Assembly (NCBI RefSeq): GCF_014698145.1
Contig: NZ_JACJSM010000001.1
Coordinates: 88,633-152,632 of the forward strand
DNA: 64,000 bases
Reading direction: 5' to 3'
Source: Oscillatoria sp. FACHB-1406
Lineage (GTDB): Bacteria > Cyanobacteriota > Cyanobacteriia > Cyanobacteriales > Spirulinaceae
Shown: piece by piece, positions 1 through 8,726 of the stretch
Layout: each line of letters starts with the position of its first letter
How positions within the stretch are numbered: the stretch's first letter is position 1
Notes under the pieces: model-generated
What the model saw: only the letters and a program-made list of their open reading frames with translations
The model's database searches: none
What the model was told of the DNA's origin: nothing
Translations under genes and position numbers: made by a program

Positions 1-213
1 TGGTTAGCCACCATTATTCTTGAAGCTCGAGACGCGATCGCGCCGCGACTGCGCGCCGGAATTGCTTTCCTAGGAAGCGGTGCAGTCTATCTCCTCACTC
101 AAGTTTTAGGCAAAGCAATTGGATTAGTCGGGCGCGGAATTCTCCAAGGTTTCGGCAGCACTCTACAGGATAACCGTTACGGCAAACGCACTCGCCCCGA
201 TAAACGCTCTTAA
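1..213 (+). CDS. 3' end of a CDS entering from the left (hydrophobic, probable membrane protein); stop TAA at 211-213
   Basis: Frame 1 is open from base 1 to TAA at 211 and translates to ...AIGLVGRGILQGFGSTLQDNRYGKRTRPDKRS. No start lies inside the window. Confidence 0.35.
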   Translation, partial: WLATIILEARDAIAPRLRAGIAFLGSGAVYLLTQVLGKAIGLVGRGILQGFGSTLQDNRYGKRTRPDKRS

Positions 214-277
214 TTCTGGATTCAATTCATACTCGCGCTAGCATTAAAGTGATGAGGCTCGCCCCACTCCATGCGTT

Positions 278-652
278 ATGACAAATCATACCGATCCTTT
301 CCAAGAAAAACCGCTTAAACGCTTGCAGATGTATTTTTGCTTGATCCCCGTGCTGGGGATCGTTCCAGCGTTGTGGATGCTTGTCCGTCAAGAAGGCGAT
401 CGCGAACAGCAAGCTGTCAGTCGTTTAGCCATTACCTTAGCCCTCGCTTGGCTGCTTGCTTATACTTCCTTTGCAGTTGGAGCGGCTCAAACTTCAGAAA
501 TCATCAAATTTCGCTTGCTCTTTCTCGACGGCTTGCTTGCGTCGGGCTATACTCTGACTTGTCTGGGTTTGATGCTGCGCTTATGGCGAAAAAAGTCGCT
601 GCGTTTGCCGGGAATGAGCCAATGGTCGGAAAAGTTCGGGCCGAGGTTTTAA
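278..652 (+). CDS. small hypothetical membrane protein (3 predicted TM helices)
   Basis: 124-aa ORF with three hydrophobic segments (MYFCLIPVLGIVPALWMLV, AITLALAWLLAYTSFAVGAA, LLFLDGLLASGYTLTCLGLMLRLW). The overlapping ORF at 337..735 is judged less likely. Confidence 0.4.
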   Translation: MTNHTDPFQEKPLKRLQMYFCLIPVLGIVPALWMLVRQEGDREQQAVSRLAITLALAWLLAYTSFAVGAAQTSEIIKFRLLFLDGLLASGYTLTCLGLMLRLWRKKSLRLPGMSQWSEKFGPRF

Positions 653-858
653 AGCGAGCCTGTCGAGAATTGATTGTTGGTTGGGGAATAATTGTTTTTG
701 AAGGGGGACTAAAGGTGTCAGCCCTTCACTCTTAACGAGGTGCTAATGCTAAACTGGGTTCGATTTCCCGATTTTTACCAAGAATCGCTGTAGACGTTGC
801 TAAGAGCGTCAAAAACCCCTTAGACTGCTCGTAAAATAATTGCCAAATTGAGAACACT

Positions 859-2316
859 TTGCGTGTGAGGAAACCTGTGTCAGTTCAAAAAACTCGAGAA
901 ATAAGCCGTTCGGAAAAAAAAGTGGTTCGGGCTGCTGGTCGAAAAAAACCGTCTAAGCGCGATCGCCGTCGGCATTTGTTGAAGTTGGGCATTGGTTTGA
1001 GTGCAGTGGGCGTTATTTCTGCTGCTGCGGGTGCATTGCTGGCGTTCTCTCTTTCGGCAACACCGCTACGGCAATCGAAATTGACACCGGAGGAAGCGGC
1101 GATTTTTGGGAATGACGCGATCGCGACTCAAAATCTCAAGCTTCCCTCACTGACGCGACCCGTTAATATTATTATTGTCGGAACAAAAGTCCTATCTTCG
1201 GATGTCGATCGCCCCTTGGAAGAATCGGGCTACGATAGTCTTGTAGACTCCTTTGAGGGTTTATCCGACACTTTGCTATTACTGCGGTTCGATCCGAAAA
1301 GCGAGCGCGTGACTTTGCTCTCGATTCCCCGCGATACCCGCGTTGAGATTGAAGGTCATGGCGTTGCGAAGATTAACGATGCTAATTTTATTGGCGGTCC
1401 GGCACTGACGGCAAAAACGGTAAGCAATCTGCTCGAAGGAATCCCGATCGATCGCTACGTGCGCTTGAACGTCCAAGGGGTGGAAAAGCTGATCGATGCG
1501 TTAGGGGGAGTCCGAGTTAATGTCCCCAAGGATATGAAGTATACGGATAATACTCAACATCTCTACATCGATCTGAAGAAAGGCGAACAAGTTCTCAATG
1601 GCGACCAAGCCTTACAGTTTTTACGCTTCCGCCACGATGAGTACGGGGATCTCGGACGGGTACAACGACAGCAAATGCTGCTGCGCGCTGCGATCGATCA
1701 ATTACTCAAGCCCAGTGTTGTCGTGCGCATTCCCAAAATTCTTAAAGTCATTCAGTCTCATCTCGACACGAACTTAAGCGTCGAAGAGTTGGTGGCACTG
1801 TCGGGATTTACCGCACAAACCGATCGCTCTCAAGTTGAAATGTTAGTCCTTCCCGGCGATTTTAATGGGGACGGACGGCACGGAATTAGTTACTGGCTTC
1901 CCGATTCTAGAGGCATCGAACGGATGCTCGCCCAAAGCTTCGACCAAGGGTACAGCGAAGTTGAAACGCGATCGCCGGAAAACTTAAATATTGCGATTCA
2001 GGATAGTACCGGCGAGCCGGGAGCGGCTCGGGCTTTTGCTGCCAAACTCAGCGAGGCGGGATACCCGAATGTTTATATCGATCGAGATTGGCACGAAGAA
2101 TTGAATGTTACCCGTATTGTCGCTCAAAAAGGCGATCGCGCCAGTGCTGAAGCCATGAAAAAAACTTTAGGATTGGGAGAAATTCGCGTTGAAAGTACGG
2201 GAGTTTTAACTTCAGATCTTACCATTCAACTGGGTAAAGATTGGCTCGAAACAGACAAGTCCCACAATGGGTTTGTCAATCAAAAATCCAATCGCGACTC
2301 TCAAGATCGCGGATAA
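859..2316 (+). CDS. LytR-CpsA-Psr (LCP) family cell-envelope protein with N-terminal membrane anchor
   Basis: N-terminal TM segment followed by an LCP core (LLLLRFDP...LLSIPRDTRV...NDANFIGGPALTAKTV...GDQALQFLRFRHDEYGDLGRVQRQQ) and a C-terminal LytR_C-like region. Alternative start codon GTG. Confidence 0.8.
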   Translation: MRVRKPVSVQKTREISRSEKKVVRAAGRKKPSKRDRRRHLLKLGIGLSAVGVISAAAGALLAFSLSATPLRQSKLTPEEAAIFGNDAIATQNLKLPSLTRPVNIIIVGTKVLSSDVDRPLEESGYDSLVDSFEGLSDTLLLLRFDPKSERVTLLSIPRDTRVEIEGHGVAKINDANFIGGPALTAKTVSNLLEGIPIDRYVRLNVQGVEKLIDALGGVRVNVPKDMKYTDNTQHLYIDLKKGEQVLNGDQALQFLRFRHDEYGDLGRVQRQQMLLRAAIDQLLKPSVVVRIPKILKVIQSHLDTNLSVEELVALSGFTAQTDRSQVEMLVLPGDFNGDGRHGISYWLPDSRGIERMLAQSFDQGYSEVETRSPENLNIAIQDSTGEPGAARAFAAKLSEAGYPNVYIDRDWHEELNVTRIVAQKGDRASAEAMKKTLGLGEIRVESTGVLTSDLTIQLGKDWLETDKSHNGFVNQKSNRDSQDRG

Positions 2317-2335
2317 TGAAAGATGATTGACTTCG

Positions 2336-3196
2336 TTACAATAACGAATCCATCAAATCCATAATCCGGAGACTTTCTGAGGACAATTCAGGCAATTGTT
2401 TCTCGCCGTGAATGAGTTCGTATTCCAATAGCCCTTTCAAGGAGATGATCTTGAGACTGTTTTCGGCTAAGGTGGCTGCGATCGCCTCAGCCGCTGGCAA
2501 GTATCCGATCGCGCCTAAATCCATCAAGGCCGAGCGCCGCAGTTGCAATTTATCATCTAACAACGCCTCTTCCAGCCGCTTACCATATTTGTCTTCCCTT
2601 GTCAACTGATATAAAGCGCGAGCGGCAGAATATTGGACTTTGGGAACGGGATGCTCGAGAAAGGGTTGAATCGATGCGCTCGCATCGCTGGCTTGCAGCA
2701 TCCCGATCGCTTCGAGAATCGCCGCATAAGGTTGTACTAAGTGCGGTTTACCCGCTTGCTCAACCGCCGCAGCTACGCCCCCCTCCAATAATCCCACTAA
2801 CGCCGGAATTGCCGTCGCATCGCCCAACATTCCTAGGGCTTCGGCAGCAGACTCCCTCACGTAATAATCTTCGCACTGCAAGCAGTCGATCAGGGCAGAC
2901 ACAACGCGGCGATCGCCCAATTTTCCTAACGCTGTCGCGGCGTTTCGCCGCAGGGGATAGCCGCCGTCGGGCGTGCGGTCGGCTTCGTCGGTTAGCGCTG
3001 CCCACAGTGCTTCGACAGCTTCGGGCGTGCGGACGCGATTTTTGCCCAGCCACCAAGCCGCATAGTAACGCTGTCCCAAGTCTTCTTGTTGTTGCAACCG
3101 CGCGATCGCGCTTTGAGCCGTCCAAGACGAATCATCGGCAGAACTAACTTCTACCGATGATTCCAAGCCGGTCTGAATTTCTGGCTTATCGTTCAC
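2336..3196 (-). CDS. cpcE: phycocyanobilin lyase subunit CpcE (HEAT-repeat protein)
   Basis: 286 aa with HEAT/PBS-lyase repeats. The sequence YYAAWWLGKNRV...TPDGGYPLRRNAATALGKLGD...CEDYYVRE...KPHLVQPY...KVQYSAARAL...LQLRRSALMDLGAIGYLPAAEAIA...NSLKIISLKGLLE...LDLMDSLL matches CpcE closely. It is the last gene of the cpc operon. Confidence 0.85.
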   Translation of the reverse strand: MNDKPEIQTGLESSVEVSSADDSSWTAQSAIARLQQQEDLGQRYYAAWWLGKNRVRTPEAVEALWAALTDEADRTPDGGYPLRRNAATALGKLGDRRVVSALIDCLQCEDYYVRESAAEALGMLGDATAIPALVGLLEGGVAAAVEQAGKPHLVQPYAAILEAIGMLQASDASASIQPFLEHPVPKVQYSAARALYQLTREDKYGKRLEEALLDDKLQLRRSALMDLGAIGYLPAAEAIAATLAENSLKIISLKGLLEYELIHGEKQLPELSSESLRIMDLMDSLL

Positions 3197-3249
3197 TGTT
3201 TCCTAACGATTGTTGGCTTTCTAACTCAGCATTCTCTTCTATAGAACGC

Positions 3250-3507
3250 TTACTGAGCCTTAATGCTAACAATTTTACCGCCCATACGATTGATACGTTG
3301 CATTTCTTCGTTCATGCGGCTGTAGGGAACGACGATCGAAATCGTGCTGCTGGAGCGAAACTGATAATTATTGCTGTCGTTGCTGGTATTTTGTTTTAAA
3401 CCTTCAACTTCATAAATGAAAACGCGACCTTTTGCAGGGCTATCGGAGCCTCCAACCAGAGCAGAGCGACCAAGCATTGTTAAAATTCTCCTACTTTGAA
3501 ATGTCAC
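3250..3507 (-). CDS. cpcD: phycobilisome rod-capping linker CpcD (small CpcD-domain protein)
   Basis: 85 aa with a CpcD domain (MLGRSAL...GRVFIYEVEGL...VPYSRMNEEMQRINRMGGKIVSIKAQ). It lies between cpcC1 and cpcE. Confidence 0.85.
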   Translation of the reverse strand: MTFQSRRILTMLGRSALVGGSDSPAKGRVFIYEVEGLKQNTSNDSNNYQFRSSSTISIVVPYSRMNEEMQRINRMGGKIVSIKAQ

Positions 3508-3631
3508 AAAAAAGAGTTAAATCGGGCGATCGAGGGTTAACGAAGCCGTTCCGAGCCGAGAAATTTCAATCTCGCTATCGTAACCGCACGCTAATGCCCC
3601 GATCGCCCGAAGATGTAGTTAATGAAGTTAA

Positions 3632-4510
3632 CTACGCCGGGGTGATACTGGCAACTTTACCGCCTTGGCGGTTAATGATTTGCAGCGTGTTGTTAAGCTC
3701 TTCGTAAGGTACGATCCAAGCTTTGCTGGCACGGCGCACGCGAGGATAACCTTGCTTGCTCATCCCAGCGACTTCAATACGATAGAGGCGACCGGGAGTA
3801 CCAAATGGCGTAACGCCACCGAGAGCGCGACTAGGCGTTCCGCCCGAAGCGCGCGAGCGGGAGGCGACGTAAGCCCAACCGTTACTGCTGTTGGAAGGAG
3901 CCACCACTGAGGAAACGCTATTGCGAGCCAATTCGCCCGCTAAACGTCCACCTTTGCTATTAAGTTGCGCGCGATCGCTATTCGCATAACCGCGATACAG
4001 ACCCAACATCCGCGTAAAGCCAACGGTTCTGTGACCCGTTTGGACTTCAAAGCTATGAATGTAAGGGACGATATTTTCGCCAAAGTATTGGTTGTACTCG
4101 TCCGAATCGATATAAGAATCGATATCGGCATCGTACCCTTCGTTTTCGTAACGATCTAAGTGTTCGATAATTTCAGCTTCACTATAGGGCGCGCGTCCCA
4201 ACAGATGCTTGAAATTAAGCTCGATAACCCGCGATTGGAAGTTGGGGTAGAAGAATTTATTCTTATACAGTTCCGACTTTGCAACGGCACGAACAAACTC
4301 TTTAACGCTGAGGGAGCCGTTCGCCAAGAGCGATTCTGCGCTCGTGAGGCGTTCCGACTTCATCAGGTAGTCGTTTCCGAGGACGTGGCGATAAACAGCA
4401 TTGATGACGGCTTTCGCATCATCTGGACTCCAGTTAGGGCGAAGCTCTAAAGGCTCCATCTCAGCGAAGGCAGAAGTCCCCAACCGAGAGGCTGCGGTCG
4501 TAATTGCCAT
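3632..4510 (-). CDS. cpcC: phycocyanin-associated rod linker CpcC (PBS-linker domain plus C-terminal CpcD domain)
   Basis: 292 aa. The N-terminal PBS linker domain ([47 protein letters not shown]) and the C-terminal YRIEVAG...[25 protein letters not shown] are diagnostic. It is the second of two tandem paralogs. Confidence 0.85.
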   Translation of the reverse strand: MAITTAASRLGTSAFAEMEPLELRPNWSPDDAKAVINAVYRHVLGNDYLMKSERLTSAESLLANGSLSVKEFVRAVAKSELYKNKFFYPNFQSRVIELNFKHLLGRAPYSEAEIIEHLDRYENEGYDADIDSYIDSDEYNQYFGENIVPYIHSFEVQTGHRTVGFTRMLGLYRGYANSDRAQLNSKGGRLAGELARNSVSSVVAPSNSSNGWAYVASRSRASGGTPSRALGGVTPFGTPGRLYRIEVAGMSKQGYPRVRRASKAWIVPYEELNNTLQIINRQGGKVASITPA

Positions 4511-4548
4511 TCAGTTTTCTCCTTAAGTTATATTGGATTATTCACGCG

Positions 4549-5361
4549 CTAGGCGGGCGAAACCCCTAGCACTTTGCCACCCCGAGCGTTGATTTCTTGC
4601 AACTTGCTCGATAACTGCTCGTAAGGAACGAGGTACTCGAGGTTGCTGCGACGAATTTTTGCCATACGGCCGGGTTTTGGCGCTTGGATGGCCCGAACGC
4701 GGTAAAATTTACCTCGGCTGCCTCCCGAAACGCCGGCAAGCGCTTCTTGGGTAGAGCCAATGAAAACACGAGATGCCGTATTTTGAGCGACTTCGCGCGT
4801 CAGGCGGCCTGCTTGCACCGCGCGATCGCTCGTGGCATAACCGCGATACAGTTGGAACATTCGGCTGAAACCGACCGTTTTTTGACCGCGCTGCGTCTCA
4901 AAGCCGCGATAATACGGCACGATTGAGTCGCCAAAGTTTTCTTGATATTCGAGCGAATCGATGTAAGAATCGATGTCGGCTGCGTATCCCCGTTGATTAT
5001 AAAGATCGGTATGATAAGCGACTTCTGACTGGTCGTAAATAGCTCGTCCCAGCAGGTGCTTGTAGTTCAACTCGATAAAGCGGTTTTGGGGAAGAGTATG
5101 AAAAAACTTATTGCGATAAACTTCCGACTGAGCCACTGCTCGGACGAAATCTTTAACGCTAATGGAACCATTGCGTAATAAAGATTCAGCGCTGGTTAAG
5201 CGCTCGCCTGCCATTAGGTGGTCATTCCCCAAGACTTGGCGATAAACCGCGCGAATCACAACTTCTGCATCTTCGGGAGAATAGTTCGGACGTAGCTCTA
5301 CCCGTCCCGACTCCAGAAACGGTTCAAATCCCAACCGTTGGGCTGCTGCTAAACTTGTCAT
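4549..5361 (-). CDS. cpcC: phycocyanin-associated rod linker CpcC paralog (PBS-linker plus CpcD domain)
   Basis: 270 aa with the same architecture ([16 protein letters not shown]...[20 protein letters not shown]...YRVRAIQ...[25 protein letters not shown]). It lies immediately downstream of cpcA. Confidence 0.85.
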   Translation of the reverse strand: MTSLAAAQRLGFEPFLESGRVELRPNYSPEDAEVVIRAVYRQVLGNDHLMAGERLTSAESLLRNGSISVKDFVRAVAQSEVYRNKFFHTLPQNRFIELNYKHLLGRAIYDQSEVAYHTDLYNQRGYAADIDSYIDSLEYQENFGDSIVPYYRGFETQRGQKTVGFSRMFQLYRGYATSDRAVQAGRLTREVAQNTASRVFIGSTQEALAGVSGGSRGKFYRVRAIQAPKPGRMAKIRRSNLEYLVPYEQLSSKLQEINARGGKVLGVSPA

Positions 5362-5474
5362 CTTTACCTCCGGATCTTACTTGCTTACAACGAGACCCGG
5401 AGAGGCAAACGATTGTTAACCCGATTGCTAACAACCCCCTGCTTTCCCGGGTCTGCGGATTTTAACTAGCTAGT

Positions 5475-5963
5475 CTAGCTCAGGGCATTGATAGCGTAAT
5501 CGATGTAGCAGTTAGCTTCAGAGGCAGCATCGCCAGAGAGACCGTGGTTGGATTTGATGTGCTTGAGGGCTTCAACGTACCAGCTAGGAGACAATTCAAA
5601 GGTGCTGTTGATTTCATCTAAGCCAGCAACCAAGTATTCATCCATCGGACCGGTGCCACCAGCGATCAAGCAATAGGTGACCATACGCAGGTAGTAGCCG
5701 ATGTCGCGAGCGCACTTGGCTTTACCTTCCGAAGAAGAAGCGTAGTTGGAACCATCCATTTGGGTGGTGTAAGGGAACTTCTTGTAAACAGCATTGGCTG
5801 CGCCTTCGGTTAAGCTTTGAGCTTTAGAAGCTAAGGCTTTAGCTGCTTCTAAACCAGATTTCGCTTGACGGAGACGACCAAAAGCGACTTGAAGTTCGGA
5901 GGTACTCAGGAAGCGACCTTGGGAATCAGCAGCAGCGACGGCTTCAGTCAAAGGGGTTTTCAT
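5475..5963 (-). CDS. cpcA: C-phycocyanin alpha subunit
   Basis: 162 aa, near-identical in pattern to known CpcA ([29 protein letters not shown]...[71 protein letters not shown]). Confidence 0.95.
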   Translation of the reverse strand: MKTPLTEAVAAADSQGRFLSTSELQVAFGRLRQAKSGLEAAKALASKAQSLTEGAANAVYKKFPYTTQMDGSNYASSSEGKAKCARDIGYYLRMVTYCLIAGGTGPMDEYLVAGLDEINSTFELSPSWYVEALKHIKSNHGLSGDAASEANCYIDYAINALS

Positions 5964-6031
5964 AGTTTCAATATCTCCCGATTATTTTGCAAAGTTTTGG
6001 TACAAAGAATCCTCTAAGGTGCAAGCTAGGT

Positions 6032-6550
6032 TTAGCCCACAGCAGAAGCAGCAGCATCAAAGTAGCCTGCGATTTCAGACATTAATTGGCTGCAATCGCC
6101 TTGGGTAATACCGTTGCGATCGTTAGCAATTGCGATCGCGGCATCTTTCATTTTTTGAACGCCAGCAGCAACGGAACCGCCGGGAACGCCCAGAGCAACA
6201 TAGGTTTCGCGTAAGCCATTCAGGCAGCGATCGTTGAGGACACTAGCATCACCAGTGAAGATTGCGTAGGTGATATAGCGCAAGATGATTTCCATGTCGC
6301 GCAAGCAAGCAGCCATACGACGGTGGGTGTAAGCATTTCCACCCGGAGCGATTAATTGAGGCTGTTCGGCAAACAGAGCGCGAGCGGCATTAGCGACGAT
6401 CGTCGAAGAGCTACCGGTGATACGGTTAACGGCATCAATACGTTTGAGGCCATCGCCGACCATCGAGTTCAGCGCGTCGATTTGCGAATCAGAAAGGAAA
6501 TCGCCACGAGCGTCAGCTTGGGAAACCACCCGAGTGAATGCGTCTAACAT
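6032..6550 (-). CDS. cpcB: C-phycocyanin beta subunit
   Basis: 172 aa ([16 protein letters not shown]...[53 protein letters not shown]...[46 protein letters not shown]). It is followed upstream by a ~700-bp leader/promoter region. Confidence 0.95.
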   Translation of the reverse strand: MLDAFTRVVSQADARGDFLSDSQIDALNSMVGDGLKRIDAVNRITGSSSTIVANAARALFAEQPQLIAPGGNAYTHRRMAACLRDMEIILRYITYAIFTGDASVLNDRCLNGLRETYVALGVPGGSVAAGVQKMKDAAIAIANDRNGITQGDCSQLMSEIAGYFDAAASAVG

Positions 6551-7268
6551 CGAATTTATCTCCTACTTGAGCTAAGTTTGAGTTTGGTTTGAAAAAAGGA
6601 GTTCCTCTTGGTCGGGCTTTGCCCTTGTCCCGAGGCAACTTGGCGGTTGGGGTGAAAGCGTATCTTTATCAGTCCGGGATACTCAAGGCTTTTCATTTTC
6701 TTGAGACCGTTTTCTCCTTAAGCCGGGAGAATATCTGACGGTTTCTTAACAAATCCCTAAAAACGAGTGGTTTTATGAGAGAGGTTACGAAAATGCGCGA
6801 GTTGAGATTCAGATTGACTTTGACTGCCTTCGTTTACCCTTCAGATAACTTTTATACAACGCTGTCGAGCTTTTTTTTGTTACATCTTGTTAAGTTTTTG
6901 AGGACGCTGGGTCTTAAACAAATTTAAACTTGACCCCTCGATCTCGCACTCGCTCAAGACTGAACAACTCTCCAAATTGGCAAGCTCGCTGCTCGACCCG
7001 ACATTGAGTAAAGTCGCTTGCGCTCTGCTGTTAATCCTCCTGGCCCGGAATTGTAACGGGCGAGCTTAACGGCTCGGCTCTCGCTGACTTGATACTCCTC
7101 ACAATTGAGGTTAAAGGATTGAGGCGCAAAAGGTATCGATCTTTACAGTTTTCAAAACAACTTAACAAAGCGCAACATAAAGATACGATAGGGCGATCTC
7201 AATGCACGAGAGGCGCGTTGATGATTCGAGCGAATGTGGGGGCAAACGAGTTCAGTCCCCTTCCTTCA

Positions 7269-8507
7269 TCAACCACGGGCGTGCTTTTGGAGAAAATAGC
7301 CCACTAAATAAAGAGAACCGCAGAGAATGACCGGTAAATCGCCTTCAATGGCGACATTTAAACCAGAAAAGAGATCGGGGAAGGTTTGGACGACGACATC
7401 GGGACAAGTCGCGCGGGCAATGACAGCCAGAGCTTCGGGGGGAGCGCTATCGGGGTTGGGAACCGGTACGAGGTACAAGCGATCGCCGGGACGCAGCAGA
7501 GCGGCGAAAATATCGGCTCGATCCTTTGTCGAAAGGATACCCATCACCCAAGTCACGGGAGAATCGAGCGTATTGACGTATTGCCGTAGAGCTATCGCTG
7601 CGGCGGGATTGTGCGCGCCGTCAAGCAAAATCGAGCGTCCCTGCCACCTCGTCCATTGCAATCGCCCCAGCCAGCGGGCGTTTGCCATCCCCGCTTGAAT
7701 CGCGGTTAGGGGAATTTTCCAACCCTGCTGCTGGAGAATTTGTAAACCCGCGATCGCGATCGCGGAATTCATTAACTGAAACTCTCCTAACAGCGATAAT
7801 GAATACTCAATTCCACCATATTCTGCGCGATGTTCGCCCATTTTTCGCGCTGGAGCGACCCAGACTGCCGGACAATTTACGGCGACAATTCTTTCTCGCA
7901 CAACCGCTTCAGCTTCGGGCGGCAATTGACCAACAACCACCGGACAATTATGCTTTAAAATTCCTGCCTTTTCGCGAGCAATATCGGCAACCGTCGGCCC
8001 CAAAACTTGCCAATGTTCGAGACTAATGGAAGTAATTGCTGTTAAGGCGGGTTTATCGCACACATTTGTTGCATCCAAACGTCCGCCCAAACCGACTTCG
8101 ATAACAGCAATATCCACAGATTGCTGCGCGAAATACAACCAAGCAGCAGCCGTAATGACTTCAAATTGTGTCGGACTTTCAGCTTTTACGGCAATCGCAG
8201 CTTTAACCTGCTTCAAAATCCGTTCTAATTCTGTCTTCGCGATCGCTTTGCCATTAACACAAATGCGTTCTGTCCAATCAACTAAATGAGGGGAAGTATA
8301 ACATCCGACGCGATAACCTGCGGCAGTCAGAACGGAGGAGAAATAGGCGCAGACAGACCCTTTGCCATTGCTTCCCGCAATGTGAATAATCGGAAATTCT
8401 TGTTGCGGATTTCCTAAGCCAGCAAGTAATTTCCGAATGCGATCGAGTCCGAGGTGAACGCCAAAGTGCTGTAACGAAGTTAAGATAGAGTCAATCGTGT
8501 CGGTCAT
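7269..8507 (-). CDS. folC: bifunctional folylpolyglutamate synthase / dihydrofolate synthase
   Basis: 412 aa with a Mur-ligase family P-loop (HIAGSNGKGSVCAY) and YTSPHLVDWTERI..NGK, typical of FolC. Confidence 0.85.
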   Translation of the reverse strand: MTDTIDSILTSLQHFGVHLGLDRIRKLLAGLGNPQQEFPIIHIAGSNGKGSVCAYFSSVLTAAGYRVGCYTSPHLVDWTERICVNGKAIAKTELERILKQVKAAIAVKAESPTQFEVITAAAWLYFAQQSVDIAVIEVGLGGRLDATNVCDKPALTAITSISLEHWQVLGPTVADIAREKAGILKHNCPVVVGQLPPEAEAVVRERIVAVNCPAVWVAPARKMGEHRAEYGGIEYSLSLLGEFQLMNSAIAIAGLQILQQQGWKIPLTAIQAGMANARWLGRLQWTRWQGRSILLDGAHNPAAAIALRQYVNTLDSPVTWVMGILSTKDRADIFAALLRPGDRLYLVPVPNPDSAPPEALAVIARATCPDVVVQTFPDLFSGLNVAIEGDLPVILCGSLYLVGYFLQKHARG

Positions 8508-8726
8508 TTCAGTTATCAGTAAGCAGCGATCGGTAAAGCGATTATTATTTTAAATCGAGGGAATAACACCAGTAATCTTGATAGGATTTTTCCCTAAAAG
8601 AAGGCTAAAACCCTTTTTTTTATTGAGGGCTGACAAGAAACACTCATTCAGCTAAAATTCAGAATTGCGCCCAATCCACTTAAAATTGTAAGAGTCCCCG
8701 ATTTTAGAAAGCCTAAAATTAAGACG

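Noticed and set aside
337-735. 132-aa ORF overlapping 278..652 in another frame
   Set aside because: It is Arg/Ser-rich and low complexity, whereas the 278..652 frame encodes three clean TM helices. Only one can be real, and the membrane-protein frame is favoured.
7096-7106. ACTCCTCACAA resembling the Yfr1 sRNA core motif (ACUCCUCACAC)
   Set aside because: It has one mismatch, the motif is predicted to be base-paired (CCTCA...TGAGG), and there are no flanking stem-loops of Yfr1 type. It lies in the long cpcB leader/folC terminator region.
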